Positions 1 through 13,825 of a stretch of DNA of 64,000 nucleotides are shown piece by piece. The DNA is taken from NCBI RefSeq assembly GCF_009914755.1, contig NC_060942.1; one strand, 5' to 3'. Under the pieces are notes generated by a model. That model did not search any database and was not told where the DNA came from. It saw only the letters and a list, made by a program, of their open reading frames with translations. Origin of the DNA: the human T2T-CHM13v2.0 reference genome, Homo sapiens. The position numbers were made by a program, and so were the translations under genes. Every line of letters starts with the position of its first letter. The first letter of the stretch is position 1.

Positions 1-144
1 AGGGGAACCTGGGGGGCCGGCAGGGGCCATGGCTCCCAGGAGCTTCTGGAACAGGTGAAGAAGTTTGAATTAAATACAAAATGCCACAGGATGCTACTGA
101 TGAATCATAAGTAGAAACAATGTTATTTAACATACGTTCTTAAA

Positions 145-340
145 GATCACGTGTTTGTATGTGACTGTATGTGCATGAGTGTGTGAGTGTGTGTGGTGGT
201 CATGCATGTGATTGTGTGCGTGTGTGAGTGTGTGGTCATGGGTATGGAAGTGAGTATGAGTGTATGCAGTGCTGTGTATGTGTGTGTGGCAGTGTGCATG
301 TGAATGAGTGTGTGTGAGTGTATACGTGTATGTGCAAGTG
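145..340. repeat. Degenerate (TG)n/(TGTA)n low-complexity microsatellite
   Basis: Continuous gtgtgagtgtgtg/gtatgtgcatg sequence; explains the His/Thr-rich ORFs 127..510 and 147..410. Confidence 0.9.
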
Positions 341-399
341 GAATAGACTGGAGGGAAGCAGGAATGTGAGCAGGGTGTGTATCTGGCAGGCTGACACTG

Positions 400-800
400 G
401 CTGTGGTCATATCTAGATGAGAGGTGTCTGTGGCTTAGAGTCAGATGATGGCTGTAAACACAAAGAGGTACCCAGAGATTCAAGGTATACTTTGAAAGTG
501 AAATGGTCAAGGCTGAGAGATGTGTTTAAACTGAGTGATAAGACAAAGGGTGGTGTGAATGGTAAGTCCTACATTTATGGACTCAAGCAACTGGTTGGGT
601 AGTGGTGCCATTTACTAAGATAACCAAGACTTCAGTGAGAACAGGCTGGTGAGAGAAGGCGGCATTTGGGACACCTTCTCTGGGGGTGCCTGTGAGCTCT
701 TCGAGAGGGTCTGCAGGGTGGGCCATTTGAAGAGGGTGGGTCTGGTCTGGAGGTGAGGCTCTGGGCACTGTTGGCAGGTGGATGATCCAGATGCCACAGC
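400..800. mobile_element. Ancient LINE2 fragment
   Basis: gagattcaaggtatactttgaaagtg...gcaactggttgggtagtggtgccatttactaagat resembles the L2 3' region (recalled consensus). Confidence 0.55.
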
Positions 801-801
801 G

Positions 802-891
802 GGAATGACATCACCCAGGGAAAGTCATGGTGTGGGATGTGGATTCAGGAATGACATCACCCAGGGAAAGGCATGGTGTGGGGTGTGGATT
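802..891. repeat. 46-bp tandem duplication (2 copies)
   Basis: ggaatgacatcacccagggaaag[t/g]catggtgtggg[a/g]tgtggatt starts at 802 and again at 848. Confidence 0.95.
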
Positions 892-1084
892 ATGTGCTAT
901 CCTCCTAGAATGTCCTGAAGAGGCCAAGCTTTTCCTTAGAGAGCCTGGTGCCCCCTTTGACTTCCCAACATAATTGTGTGTTATTTAAACACTGCCTCCA
1001 TCTCCACTGGTGGTGATGCTACCCTGCCTCAAACCTCTGAACTGTAGCAGGTCAGGTGGCAGGTCAAGGGAAGGACCTGCCATT

Positions 1085-1650
1085 TCATTGAGATAAAATT
1101 GACATATACAACTCTATGTATGTAAAGTGTGCAGCATGATGTTTTATATAGACACACATCGTGAAATGATTACCACAATCAAGAAAATTAACATATCCTT
1201 CACCTCACAAGTACCTGTGTGTTTGTGTGTGTGTGTGTGTGTGGTGAGAATACTTGAGATCAACTCTTTCCAAGTTCCAAGTGTCAAACACATTATTAAC
1301 TAGAGTCCCCACGCTGTACACTAGGTCTCCAGAACTGACTCATCTTACACCTGCAAGTTTGTGTCCTCTGACCTTTGACCATCATCTTCCTGTTTCTCCT
1401 ACCCCCAGCTGTTGGTGGCTTTCATTCTACTCTATTTCAATGATTCCAACTTTTCTAGATTCTACATATAAGTGTGTAGTATGTGATTTTCTGTGCTTGC
1501 TTTATTTCATTTAACATAATGTCTTCTAGGTTTATCTATCTCATTGCAAATGGCAAGATTTTCTTCTTGTTAAGGCTGAAAGATATTTTAGTACATGTGT
1601 CTGTGTGTGTGTGTGTGTGTGTATCACGTATTCTTAGTCCATTCATCTGC
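1085..1650 (-). mobile_element. L1M (L1MA/MB-type) 3' end
   Basis: Antisense L1 3' UTR motifs: gataaaattgacatataca, gtgaaatgattaccacaatcaag, tagattctacatataagtg, ccattcatctgc. Confidence 0.85.
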
Positions 1651-2207
1651 CAACCTATGGAATAAAAGACATCATTTTCAAACCATATATCTGAAAGGGG
1701 GTTAATATTTTAAATAAATAAGAAACTCATACAGCTCAGTAGTAAAATAATAAGAATAATAACCTGATTAAAAATGGGCAAAGGACCTGAATAGACATTG
1801 TTCCAAAGAAGACATACAAATGGGCAACAGGTATATGAAAAAGTCCTCAACTAATCATCAGGGAAATGCAAATTAAAACCGCAAACAATTATCACCTCAC
1901 ACCTGTTAGGATGGCAATTATGAAAAAGTCAAAAGGTAACCTGTGTTGGTGAGGATATGGAGAAGAGTGAACCCTTATTCACTGTGGGTGGGAATGTGAA
2001 TTAGTAGAGCCCGGATGAAAACAGCCTGAAGCTTCCTCAGGAAAAGACAAACAGAGCTTTGATATGATCCAGCAGGTCCCACTTCTGGGGACAAACCCAT
2101 AGGAAAGGAGGTCAGTGGGTAGAAGAGCTGCCTGCCCTCCCATGTCCACTGCAGCACTGCTCACTGTAGCAAAGACAGGGAAACAACCCAAGTGTCCCTC
2201 AGCAGAG
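1651..2207 (+). mobile_element. L1M late-ORF2 fragment, inverted relative to 1085-1650
   Basis: Sense L1 motifs: aaaatgggcaaaggacctgaatagacat, gaaatgcaaattaaaacc, cacctcacacctgttaggatggc, aaacaacccaagtgtcc. Confidence 0.9.
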
Positions 2208-3329
2208 GCCATTTGTTTTTAAAGCTATCAGGCCACACCTGGCCACAACATTGTTTTACTTTAAAAAAAAACAAAACCACGTTCTAGGGCAGGTGAAATC
2301 TGGGTGTACTCACATCTCACATTAGCATATAGTGCTCCACTGCAGAACATGTGAACTCGGCAGCTCAAGACAACCCACACAACCCACAATTATTCTATGA
2401 AAATGGTTGACTGAATAACTGTACATTTAAGCAAGTCTCAACCCCACTGTGTCTCAACCCCTACTGCCTGTGCTATCGTTAAGAGGAACTGTCCCAAGTC
2501 ACTCTACCCTGTTTTGCCCAGAACCCTCCTGGTGACAGGCAGCCTCAGTGCCTTCTTCCTCCTCACTTTCTTCCCTTATAGAGTTCAAATCTCACATCTT
2601 TAGGTTTGTTCAGAACTAACCAGCAAAACTGCACCCAGCTGTTTTCCTAACATCTTCCACGTGCAGCTCCATGTATCACAAGGAAAGAGATTCCTGAATG
2701 TACAACCGAGCCACACCAAGTACAAAGCTGCACATCCTAAAATCTGCCCACTCCCTGTAGTAGCTGCTCCTGCAGCTCTCGCTGTGGGCTCGCATGGCCA
2801 CTTCAGCTGTCTAAACAGAAACATTTGCATCCCCAGCTCCACTCCTTTAGCTCCTGCACAGTGAGAAAGAAAGAGCGAGTCAAACATGAAATCCATTAAT
2901 ATATTAATTCAGCTCAACAAGCAAAACCCAAGAGCCCCCAGCTCAGCAGAGCCTACCAGGCATGACTAATCAGATCCCTAGCTGAAGCGACGCTCTCTTC
3001 CTCGGTCCTTTCTGGAAGTGTGCCGGTTATGCAGCTTCTTCCCCCGAGCTCAGGAGACTCTGAAAAATGCAGTTTAAAAGGATGTAAATTAGGAAAATGT
3101 AAATACCCCTGGCTCCCTCACACAGGACTAGGTTTCGTGGTGGGGGAAGTTGCTTTACCTCATCGAGTCTTGGTTTTCTCATCAGTGATGACTTGCAGAG
3201 TTTTGTGTGAAGTCCCAGGGCCCTGGCCCCACTACAAGGAGCTCGAATTTAGCAGGTCTGCAGTGGGCCTGGGCAGCTGTAGGTTTAAAAGTTGCACAGT
3301 GACTGCGATGCTACCCAGCTGAATGGCAT

Positions 3330-3470
3330 CAGCTTAGCTCATGGCTTCTCAGATGTGACGTGCAGACTCCGATTCAATATCTTTAATGTAGGCTCTGAGG
3401 TTCTACATTTCTAACAAGCTCCTGGAGGGGCCAGTGCTGCTGGCACGTGGACAACTCTTTGAGTACCCAG
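3330..3470. mobile_element. MER5A-like hAT-Charlie DNA transposon remnant
   Basis: catttctaacaagctcctggagg...tgctgctggcacgtggacaactctttgagta matches the recalled MER5A end. Confidence 0.6.
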
Positions 3471-4569
3471 GTTCCAGGTCTGTGGCTCCCGGTCTTGGCT
3501 GCACTTCAGATTGGTCCAGTACCTCCTGACTGGATAAGATCTTATGGGACTGTTGGTCAGGAATCCCTACCCTAGCCAAGCTGCAGGAGTGTGACTCAAG
3601 CTGGCTGATTATCTGGATCCTCTGTGAAAGTTGATCCTGGTGCTCAGTGACTCAAAGACTGTGGAAAGTCAGAGTTCATGAATCCAGATTACAATGACAT
3701 GCGAGACTGTTCCTGGTCCCCGAGATTCAGTTCCCAGAGCTACTATGGCTTATTAGGTACAGGTGCAATTTTCCTTTTGTAAGATGCTCCATATTATTCC
3801 AAATATGGCCTTTTTTATTTGTAGAAAAAATATCTTTTTGTCACTGACAATTAAAGAAATATAACTGATATTTCTGTAAGATGTAACATCCCATAATTCT
3901 GCTCTCCCTGTATCAACCTGCATGTTAGTGTTATCTTCCTTATGGGGAAGAGGTGATAGCAACCACCTGCCTGGCCCCACACCTCCACCCTCACCTGAAA
4001 CCCCAGGCATGGAGAACACACTTGTCACCTCCCCTGCCTTGTGTTTGAGTTTCTCCCTCCGTAAAGAAGCGCTCTAAGGCTGGGTTTTGATAAAATGACT
4101 CCACTGATGGAGGAAAACTCCTGCCCAGCTGACTCTCACTTCTGGGAAGGACTGGTCCTGGCCAAATCATGAAGGAGCCAAGGCTTAAAGAAGGCCTTTC
4201 TTCATTCTTTTCTTCCAGTTATTTGTTCAGTTTTCATCTCCAGCCTCCTCAGCATTTGCCTGATAGGAACCTATTGATGAAATATGTCCCAAAACCCTTC
4301 ACCAAAGAACTATTTATCCGTCTAGATCTTCAGTCCTGTCTGCTTTCTAATATGACCAATAGACAATCCAAGTGTGTAGTCAGTATTGGCTATTGACACC
4401 AACGGCCAATAACAGCTTAATTACTCACTGTCCTGAGGCTGCGTGCTCTGATCCAGAGACAGATTCTAGCAGTGGGTTTTAGGTACGTTTCTCAGTATCA
4501 GTCAGTACCTGGGAGAAACTTAGGATTCTTATTTCTCTCCCCCTTGCTTCCACGTGGCCCATATAGACA

Positions 4570-5110
4570 CTTTATTACTAATCAAGGGTGAGTTGGGTGG
4601 CAAGTAATAACACTGCCCATCCCACATGCTTTTCTTACAATGTAAGCTTAACTCACCAGCCATGGAATGATGGTGTCTGTCCCCTCTCATTCAGTCTGGC
4701 TGGATCTTTGCGACTGCCCTGATTAACGGAGTACAATGAGAAGGACATGATTTTACTTCCAAGGCTAGCATGCGAAAGGTGATATGGCTTCAGCCTGGTT
4801 CTCTTGGGATGATCACTCTTAGAAGAAATTTGAAGAAGCCCAAATAGCCACATGGAGAAGCCACAAACAGATATTCTGGCTGGCAGCCCAGCAGAGGTCC
4901 CAGCCAGCAGCCAGCATCAACTGCCATGTGAAGAAGTGTGCCTGCAGGGGGTTTCAGACCCCAGCTGCCAAGCTGCTTCCAGCCTCCCGGTCTTCCAAGC
5001 TGAGGATGCAGACAGTGTGGAGCAGAGATAAGCCACCCTACAGTGCTGTTCTCAGATCCCTGGCTCGCAGAACTCAAGAGCACTATAAAACAGTTGCTAT
5101 TTTACATTGC
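4570..5110 (+). mobile_element. MLT1-type MaLR solo LTR
   Basis: gccacatggagaagccaca...cagcagccagcatcaactgccatgtga...cccagctgccaagc typical of old MLT1 LTRs. Confidence 0.65.
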
Positions 5111-5706
5111 CAAGTTTGGCATTGCTTGTGGCATCAAGGACAGGAAATTCCAAGCTCTCGGTCAATGGTTAGTCATATTGTCCTGGGTTTGTTTTCAGAG
5201 AAAGCACATGACAGAGTGGCCCCTTTTCTCTCTTACCTCTCCAGTGACTGCAACGAGAAGTGCCAAGGGCCAGACAGGCTTTCTCTCTGAAAGTTCTCTT
5301 TTCCTAATACAGCAACCAGGCTTGGCTGGTTCTGCACTGAGCACTTCAGACAAGCAGGGTCCCTTGTGCTGTGACTCCATTTCCTCCTGCTATTGTAGGA
5401 ATTCTCTGGTCTGGTTGATGGAGTTAAGCTTAAGGTCTGATTGTGAGTGCATAAAAAGGAATATACTGCCCAGCACTTGGTTCTAAGCTCTGAGCTGCCT
5501 TATGCATATTCTCATAAATTCTCATGAAGAATTTCCCATTGAGTCCAACCTAGTTTAATGGAATTCTGTTTGGAGACTTGGAACCAAAGCCCCAATTAAT
5601 AATAAAATGTTGCTTTGCTTTCCTTTGCCAGTTTAGCCTATGCATGTATTTTCCTCAGAGAGCCCACGGAGGAGAGAGAGATGGCTAAAACAAGAAGAGA
5701 TCGGTG

Positions 5707-5850
5707 GATGACTACATCTGCCGGCCAGAAGACCACTCTGATAGCTTTCATGAGGATGACTGCGTCTCCCAGCCAAAAGGCCACTCTGATAGCTTCCATG
5801 AGGATGACTGCATCTCCTGGCCAAAAGACCACTCTGATAGCTTCCATGAG
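5707..5850. repeat. 48-bp minisatellite, 3 copies
   Basis: Three units gatgact....ccactctgatagctt[t/c]catgag starting at 5707, 5755 and 5803. Confidence 0.95.
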
Positions 5851-6055
5851 CTCTCCCTGGGGCATCCATGGAGAAGATATTTTTGAGGGAGAAATCCCCA
5901 ATGCTTCTTGAATCTTGCAGCCCACACAGGGATTTCCTACAAGCAACCCAGCCTTGAGCTATAAAGACCTGATCACTTTCCTGGGTGAAGACAGCAGACT
6001 GACTCAGTTATTCTGTGGATAGGTGACTTGATCAATGAGTTGGCGAGAGTTCTAA

Positions 6056-6408
<353 letters not shown>

Positions 6409-8924
6409 TCAGATTTGTAAGATAATTTAAACAAGACTCAGTGTCTCTGCATCTCACACTGGTTGTATATTGCATTAAAATGGTGATAATTCTCCCCTAA
6501 TCAAACTGTGCCCAATGCTGGCAAGGACACTAATGTTATGAAGACAAGAGGTAGCTGAAAAATAAAGAGACAATAGCCACGAGACAGACCCAGAGGTCAG
6601 GCAGGGCAGGGTTGCCGTGAGGACATGGCTCGTCCCACAGGACCTGGGAACTGGTGGTCACAGCAGTGCAAGGTCCTGTTCTCTCCTCTGCAGGGACAGA
6701 CAGGCCACCAGCCTGACAGAGACGGCATTAGTGGGCAGCTGCCAGGAACTAGCAGGGATTGCACTAGACTTTATAGCGCCATAGTTCAGAATTGCTGGAT
6801 TTGGAGACAAAATCCAGGTTTGAATTGTGATTCTATTTCTTACTGCTCCGTGTCCTGGGGCAGCCAGGTCAGCTCTCTGAGCCCTATGGTCTCCATGGCT
6901 GAGTGAGAATGCCCGCCTCCACTCAGAACCAGCCAGTGTGGTGCCAGCAACCTATCTAACACAAGCAAAGAGGATTTCTTAATGAAAACATTTTGTCTTG
7001 CACAAAACAATACTCAATTTAAGAAACAGCAAATGCAGAAAAGGAAAAAGAGGATTAGAAAACTATAGAAAGAGCTCAGTGCATGGCAAGAGTTTAATAA
7101 ATATTAGTTCTTCCCATTTAGTTTTGCTTTCCAACCCAACAAGCGTGCTTCGAAAGACAGAGAAGAAAGAGGGATTATGGCAAAAGCAGTGATAAGAGTT
7201 TCTTGCATCTTCACAGATCAAGCATCTTGGTCTGCAACCAGGTTTTTCTGAACAAAGGGTTAGGAGCCAAAGTTTGGGGTGGTGAAAGCCATGGGGCCCA
7301 TGTTAGGATGAGGACAAGTGTGCATATGGGTGGCAGGTGGTTTTGCCCAGAATGAACTGGAGGGTGATGATCCTGGATCTGGCAGTGAAGCGGCAGTGTC
7401 TGCTCAGCAGGAGCGGGAGGTGTGGAGCCACTTCGTCACACTCTCAGCTGCACGGCTTTGGGCCACAGCCTGTAGACACTGGTGGAATCTGCTTAGAGCT
7501 TTGAGGAGAGAATTCCCAGAGCCAAGCTATGGATGGTACTAGGAAGTGAGCGACCAAGAACAGCTGCTCTTCACCTCCACAGGCAGGGTGGGGCAGGGTG
7601 GGAGGTGAGCTTTGCCAAAAGCCAGGCTGAAGGTGATGCAATGCCTGCACCATGGCCAGGAGCAGAACCACACGTTCTTTTTGGTTTCTGTATAACTCTT
7701 GCCAAATTTACAATAAACCCTGCAAATCTGCTGGAGCCTCTCTCTTTCTTTCCCAACCTTTGCAATGACCTGTCTTGAAACTCCTTGCCTGATTCCCCGC
7801 TTCTTGTTTTTCCCTGTTCCTCCTGCTCCCTTTTTCTTTTCAGCTTTCTCTCCAATCATGTTCCTCTCTATTCTTTTTCTTTTTGCTAACCTGCATGGTG
7901 AATATTTGCTATTTTCCTGCTCAGCAGAACCTGCTCTCCCCACTCTCAGCCCATGAGTGGGTGGGCGGGGCTTTAGCACCTGGTGATGTCACTTGAGAAC
8001 CTAGTTGGCTGAGCCCAGACTTATTAGGTGGTCAAGTCAATAAATGCCCATTATCATGTTTAAGCTGCTTGTGGTTGGGTTTTCCTGCTTGGCACCAAGA
8101 GGCCTGAGTCATTTCCATCCTCGGGACCAGCCCATGCCCCATCTCCAGCTTACACCTCACCTCATTCCCACCCCTAAACTGCAGTCAGGCCGAGGTGCTG
8201 ACAGGCTGCCCCCATGCCATGCCACTGCTGTTCCTCAGTAGGTCCCTGCCTTCCTGGCACTTCTTGGTATCATGGTTTTCTGAGCCACAGTGCTGTTCTA
8301 ATTGTGAGGCAGTGGTATCTGCCTGGCTTCCTCCCCAGCCCCACCCCCAGCCCCTGCTGTGGGGACTCTGCCTGAGCTCTGAGGGCAGGCGGGGCACCCT
8401 GCTCCTTGCACAAGCACTATTCCCACCTCTCTTCTTCGTTGCTGTCCGGCTTCCCCTTGCTTTTATCCCCTCCCCTTCTCCTGCTTCCCATTGGTCAACT
8501 CTTCTCCCAGGGCCTCCCAGGGCCTAGGTCTGAGCAGTGGAGACCTCCACGAGGAGGCAGAGGGCAACCAGGCAGGCTCCATCCAGAAGCAAACAGGCCT
8601 GGACAAGATGCAGATTCTCCCAGGCTCTGCAGGGCCTGGCAGGGAAACTGCTGCACCTGAGCTGCCTTCAGGGGAGTCCTCAGAATAAGGGGAGCTATTA
8701 ACAGGCAGATCAGTGTTTTATGAAGACAGTTATGATCTTGTCACTGTCCTCAAGGAGCTTCAGGTCCAGGAAGGAAAAACGAGCCACCTGGGAAGCAGAA
8801 CTGTGTGATCACCTGGCGAGCAGGGAGGAGCCCACCCAGACACCACAAAGACAGGGAGCACTGGGAGGGAGAAGCGGGGCCAGGCTGGGGAGGCCTGCAG
8901 AATGGGGCGGGGCTTCCGGTTTCA

Positions 8925-9255
8925 ATGCTTACTCGCTGAGTGGCCTTGGACAAGTTACTTCATCTGCCTGAGCCTTACTTTCCTCGTCTGTAACATGAAA
9001 ATGCCAAATATACCAGCACCTGGATTGCCACGAGGATGAGGTGATTACATTGCGTATGGTCCTGAAACAGTGGTGTCCCTCTCCCCACCCCACCTTTACC
9101 CAACCTCTGGTCTTCAAATCGACCTTGTAAGGCAGGTATTTTTATGTTTGCTTTGCAGATGAGAAAACCAAAGCTCTGTATAATGACACATCCGGGAAAT
9201 GTGAGGACAGGGTTCAAATCCAGGTGTGTCTGGGTCAAACCTGAGCATTCCCTCC
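8925..9255. mobile_element. Two MIR fragments in opposite orientation
   Basis: ggccttggacaagttactt...ctgagcctt...ctgtaacatg followed by gcagatgagaaaaccaaagctc...gggttcaaatccagg. Confidence 0.7.
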
Positions 9256-12200
9256 AGCCCTGCTGTCCCCTCTCTGCATCTGATCTTGGCTGGGGTCAGT
9301 GTCTGGCAAGCACACTGTCTGGCTGGCTCAGGCCTTTTGCCCCAGCTGTGGCCTTCACCCCCAACTAATTAACTAACTGACAAGCTGTTTATGAAGCTGC
9401 ACTCCTGGTGACGTTGTTGGTGGCCATGATAATCATCCTGTTTTTTCACTTATTCAGCCACCTTCTGAAGGGTCTTTTTATGAGACCGTTTAATGGATTA
9501 TCATTGTTCTGGGCAGTTTATTATGCAAATGAAGCCTCAAAGTGCTCCATGCTGTCTGCTGAAATGTGTTTTATAATACATTTTTTTCCACAAATCAAAA
9601 TAAACTAGTGTAAATGACAATGGAACTAGAAAAGCTTTGCTCTTTATAAAAAGGGACGTGTGAGATTCTTTGAAACTGAGCGCTGGCGGAGTCTGTACTC
9701 TCTGACCCTGGAGGAAGAGATGCTGTTCTTTGAAATGAGGGTTTTCTTTCTGGAAGAGGCTTTGTGAGCATGGAACAGCAAAGCCCAGGATAGGAACTGA
9801 GAGAGGTCACCGAAGTGTAGACACCCTGGCCTCAGTCTCTGGAGTTCAAAAAGGCTGCAGTCAATTGTTGGAATTTCTTTTCACATGAAGAAATCTACAT
9901 TCTGTGTAAATAAACCACTTTAAAAATGTGTGTGTTGTCTTAGTTACACAGACATTTCTATAAAAGTACTTGTAATTGTGTCTAAAAGACTGAAACCATT
10001 TAAAAAAACACCTTGAAAAATATTTTTCTCTGCCTGGTTCAGTGAACAGTTCCTACAAGCCCCTTTTCTCTCTCTATTGGAAAATAATAATTCCAGATTT
10101 TGTGCCAATCCGTCCACTAATCTAAACCATGACTCTTCTGTGGGCCGCGCACTCATGCCCTTCCTCACTTTAATCATACGCCCCTGCTGGGAGGGCCGCG
10201 CTGCTCCTCCCCCTGGTGGTTGCAACCCTGCCTGTGAGTCATTCTTCTGACTCTGCTGCACCCAGCCTGGTGGTTTACAATAAACTCCTCCATTCTCAGA
10301 GGCCAGGGAGGCAATGGGAGGAGAAGGGGTCTGCACAGAGAAGCCAAGCGAGAGGCTCACATGCTTGTATGTCGTTAGATGAGAAACACACCCCCAAGCT
10401 GGGTGAGCAAAGAGTCTGAACCTCATGCTGCTCTCTGTGTGTACATGGAGAGTATCCTCAGCTTGCCAGAACCCTGACTCCACCCCCAGGCCCCAGTGTG
10501 GAAGATCCATCCATGGATGATCATGGTCCAAACCAGCTCCTCACTTGAACTTCCCTTCCCCACACTCTTTTCAAATTGCACCAGGATTCCCTATGAATCG
10601 TTGATGTTTCCCTAGCACTGATTACATGGTCTCCTGGATGGAGAAGAATAGGTTTAGGAAAGTACATCTTTAAGCATATTCAGGATAGAAGTCCAGGCCG
10701 AAGACATTCATAAAGGGGTCACCAGCAACATAAATAAGCCAAAACAGTACTGGGACTCCATAAACTGAGAGTGCTCTTTGGATGTAGCTCTGGTTTTCAA
10801 CAGGTGATGGCCAGGGCGCTGGCAGGCAGCAGCAAAGCTAGCACTCAGGCCTTCTTCCCCACACCTGAAGCCCCCAAGACCACTTCCAGCCCCCACCTGA
10901 TCATTACATAGGGGTCTTCTCTCAAATGATGTGCAGGGTGTGGGCAGTGGCATCATTGCCCAGGCCCTTTATCTGACCTGTGCAGGTTTGGGATAGGAGG
11001 ACCAGGATGGAGGTGAGGAGGAGCTCAGGCAGAGTGGTGTTTTTCTTTGTACTTAGCATTGGGTGTGTTTGGCCCAGGAGAGGTGAACGTGGCCAGAGCA
11101 GAAACAAAACGAATCAGCAGGGTTATACAGTGCTTGCTGAAATGCTCCACTATCCAGGAAATAAGCAGACGTTGGTCATCGGAGTAGAGACAGCTGCAGA
11201 GCGCAGTGAAGGGCCATTTTTAGGGTTGCAATCAGAACAGAGCAGCTTTCCCCTTACCAAATGCCTGGCATCATCTCTGTATCTGTGGCCCCACCCTCCA
11301 GGACAGCAGCAGAGAGGGGCCCTACACATTCTCCTCCCGTAAGTGCTGGGACATCGGGGTAAGGGATATGAGACTGCGTATTTTCCCTTTAACACTTTTC
11401 TGTATTTGAATACCTCAGGAAGTAACACTATTTTCTCAGTTGAAGGATTGCTCAGAAGTCTAGGACTCCCCTTCACCTCACCTATGCCACCAAATCCCCT
11501 GCTGAAATAAAGTTCCAGGGTGTTTGGCCACTGCATGTGGTCAGCTGCATCCCTGGTCCCCCCTCCCACAGGGAGGCCTCTTTCCCTGCATTTGTGTCTC
11601 TTGCATCCCTGTCAAAGGGGCCTCCCTGCTGGGGGCCATGAAGGTGTCAGGCAGGCCTTGACACAGAGCTCCAGAAGGAGAGGGACCGCTGAGAGGAGGG
11701 ACCAGCGGGGCTTCCCCACTGCACTGTGCAGGGCTCTGCAGCCTCCTGCCCTGGGTGAAGAGCGCAAGCCACCTTCACTTTTATGTTATTGGAGAAGGCA
11801 GAATGGAGGTGGGTTTCTAATATGGAATAAATAAGAGAAAGACAGGCAAAGAGTTTGAGAGTAAGTTTTTAAAAATTCCTTGGTAAATGACTGAATGTAA
11901 ACATAAATCCCGCCATTCAGCTAGCTGGAAATAGTCCCAGCAAGAGCACGAGGGTCCCAGGGGCTTTTTTGCCACCGACAGCACAGCAGCATCACTGGAC
12001 TTTGCTGCAGGCGAACATGTGTTCAAATACCACCTCCGCTCACAGGTGCTGCCTGTCTGAATTTAGGCTCCAGGCTTCTCATCTTTTCAACGGAAGGGAT
12101 AATAACGTTCACCTGCACAGTGCTCTTTTGAACAAGAAACAAGATTACGTATGCAAATATCTTAAGTGCCATTACTTTTAAACAAATGGAGTTTGTTAAT

Positions 12201-13633
12201 TTTATTATTTCTACTTTTATTATTCCCCAAGTCATTATTTGAACACCTAGAATGGTGCTTGGCAAATAGTAGTCACACAATACATATTTGTAGAACAGAT
12301 CTTTGAACAAATACATAGTAAAATGAATGAATTAATGAATACCAAATTACTGTGAAAAACGTTCAGACCGAAGAAAAATTTGCTGAAAAGGAACCAGCTT
12401 CCCTTTCGTGTCTCTCCCAGCTCAGGCAAGCAGCCCACAAGGGGGCGCTCCCTGAGCCTTCTAGAGGCAGAGCGGCCTGTTGGGAAAGGTCTGAGGGTGT
12501 CAGTGGGAACTGCCTGCTTTGCTGAGGAAGCAAAGGCTTGTGTGGGAAGGAAGATCACAGCTGGTCCGCAGCCTCAAAGAGCAGGAAGCAGGACAGAAGG
12601 AGCCCCTCGGTGTACCCTGCAGCCCCCAGCCAGGGAGAAGCAGCAGGAGACAGAGCTACTTCCTCTAACCAGTGGTGGTTCCTAACTCCAAGACATCCTG
12701 GACATTGGTTCTGAGCAGCAATCATTGCAATTTGCTCTTTTCTGCAGCCGTGAAACTACCAGGATAAAGTAATCAGAGTGATCCCATGATGTGCTGGGGC
12801 AAACTAAACATTTCTCGTCAAAATAATGGTCAGTTTCCTACTGAATGCTACATGATAAGTGCAGTATGTTTGATTATGACATCAGTGAGTTTGCTACTTA
12901 GAGGATATTTATGGGTGATACATTGAAATTTACCTTTGACCATCTGTTTTGGCAGAAGGTGTCTCTCCAATATCCAAAACTTGGATAATCCACATTAAAA
13001 CTAATTTTATTGTGGCTAATTTTTGTTAAATGTTATTAAAAATAATAATCACATTGTATTTATTAAATATTTGTTAAATTTTATAGAATTTATTAAATTT
13101 TGTTGATCACCACTAAAAGATACATATATATTTAATGTATATTAATATACAGCGGCTCATCTTCCTCCTGACAAACCTAAAGTTGGTGGCCTCAATTATG
13201 ATTGTTGTTTTGATTTGGTGGTTGTGTTGCTGTTATTATTCATATCATTATCACCTTCTGAAGCATGCAGTCCTGGGCAAATGGGAAAGGCCCAGTGCCA
13301 GGTCATGGAGGGCTTGCAACTGCGAAGGAAGAAAAGAAAAAACAGGAAGGGCCACTCTGCTCCTCCCACTCCACACACAGAGTGGCTGACTACAGCAGGC
13401 TCACTACAGGACTGTGCCAGAAGCAGCGTTGTCTCTGCACTAAGTGCTTCATCTTCCCTTTCTCTGCATTTCTGTGTGTGTATATGTGCATGTGTGTAAA
13501 GAAGACAGGTGTGTGGGGCTGTTGACCGTGAGATGCTCAGAAGAAAGTCCCTGGGTCATACTGTATTCTCAACTTTTAATTATGTTCAGACATTTTGCAA
13601 AATCAAAGACTAGAAAATATCATTTAAAGTAAT

Positions 13634-13825
13634 CCAAGCTTGTCCAACCTGCCTTATTTTGTGGTGGTTGTTTTGTTTTAGGCTTTTAGCAGCCCAAAGC
13701 CACAGTTTTTAGTTTTGGTCTCTAGTGATAAGTGGAAAAGAGGGATGAGGAAGCGGTTTTACCGGCCCAACCAGAAACAGGAATGAAGAACCCAAGACTG
13801 TATTTTGTCCCTTAGACACCCATGT
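13634..13825. mobile_element. Short non-autonomous hAT-Charlie element (MER30/MER107-type)
   Basis: Termini caagcttgtccaac ... ttagacacccatg with recalled internal gcttttagcagcc...gaaaagagggatgagg. Confidence 0.55.

Noticed and set aside
127-510. His/Thr-rich ORFs
   Set aside because: Translation of a degenerate (CA/TG)n microsatellite.
5707-5850. CRISPR-like array
   Set aside because: Units are head-to-tail homologous along their full length with no unique spacers, no cas genes, and a primate context.
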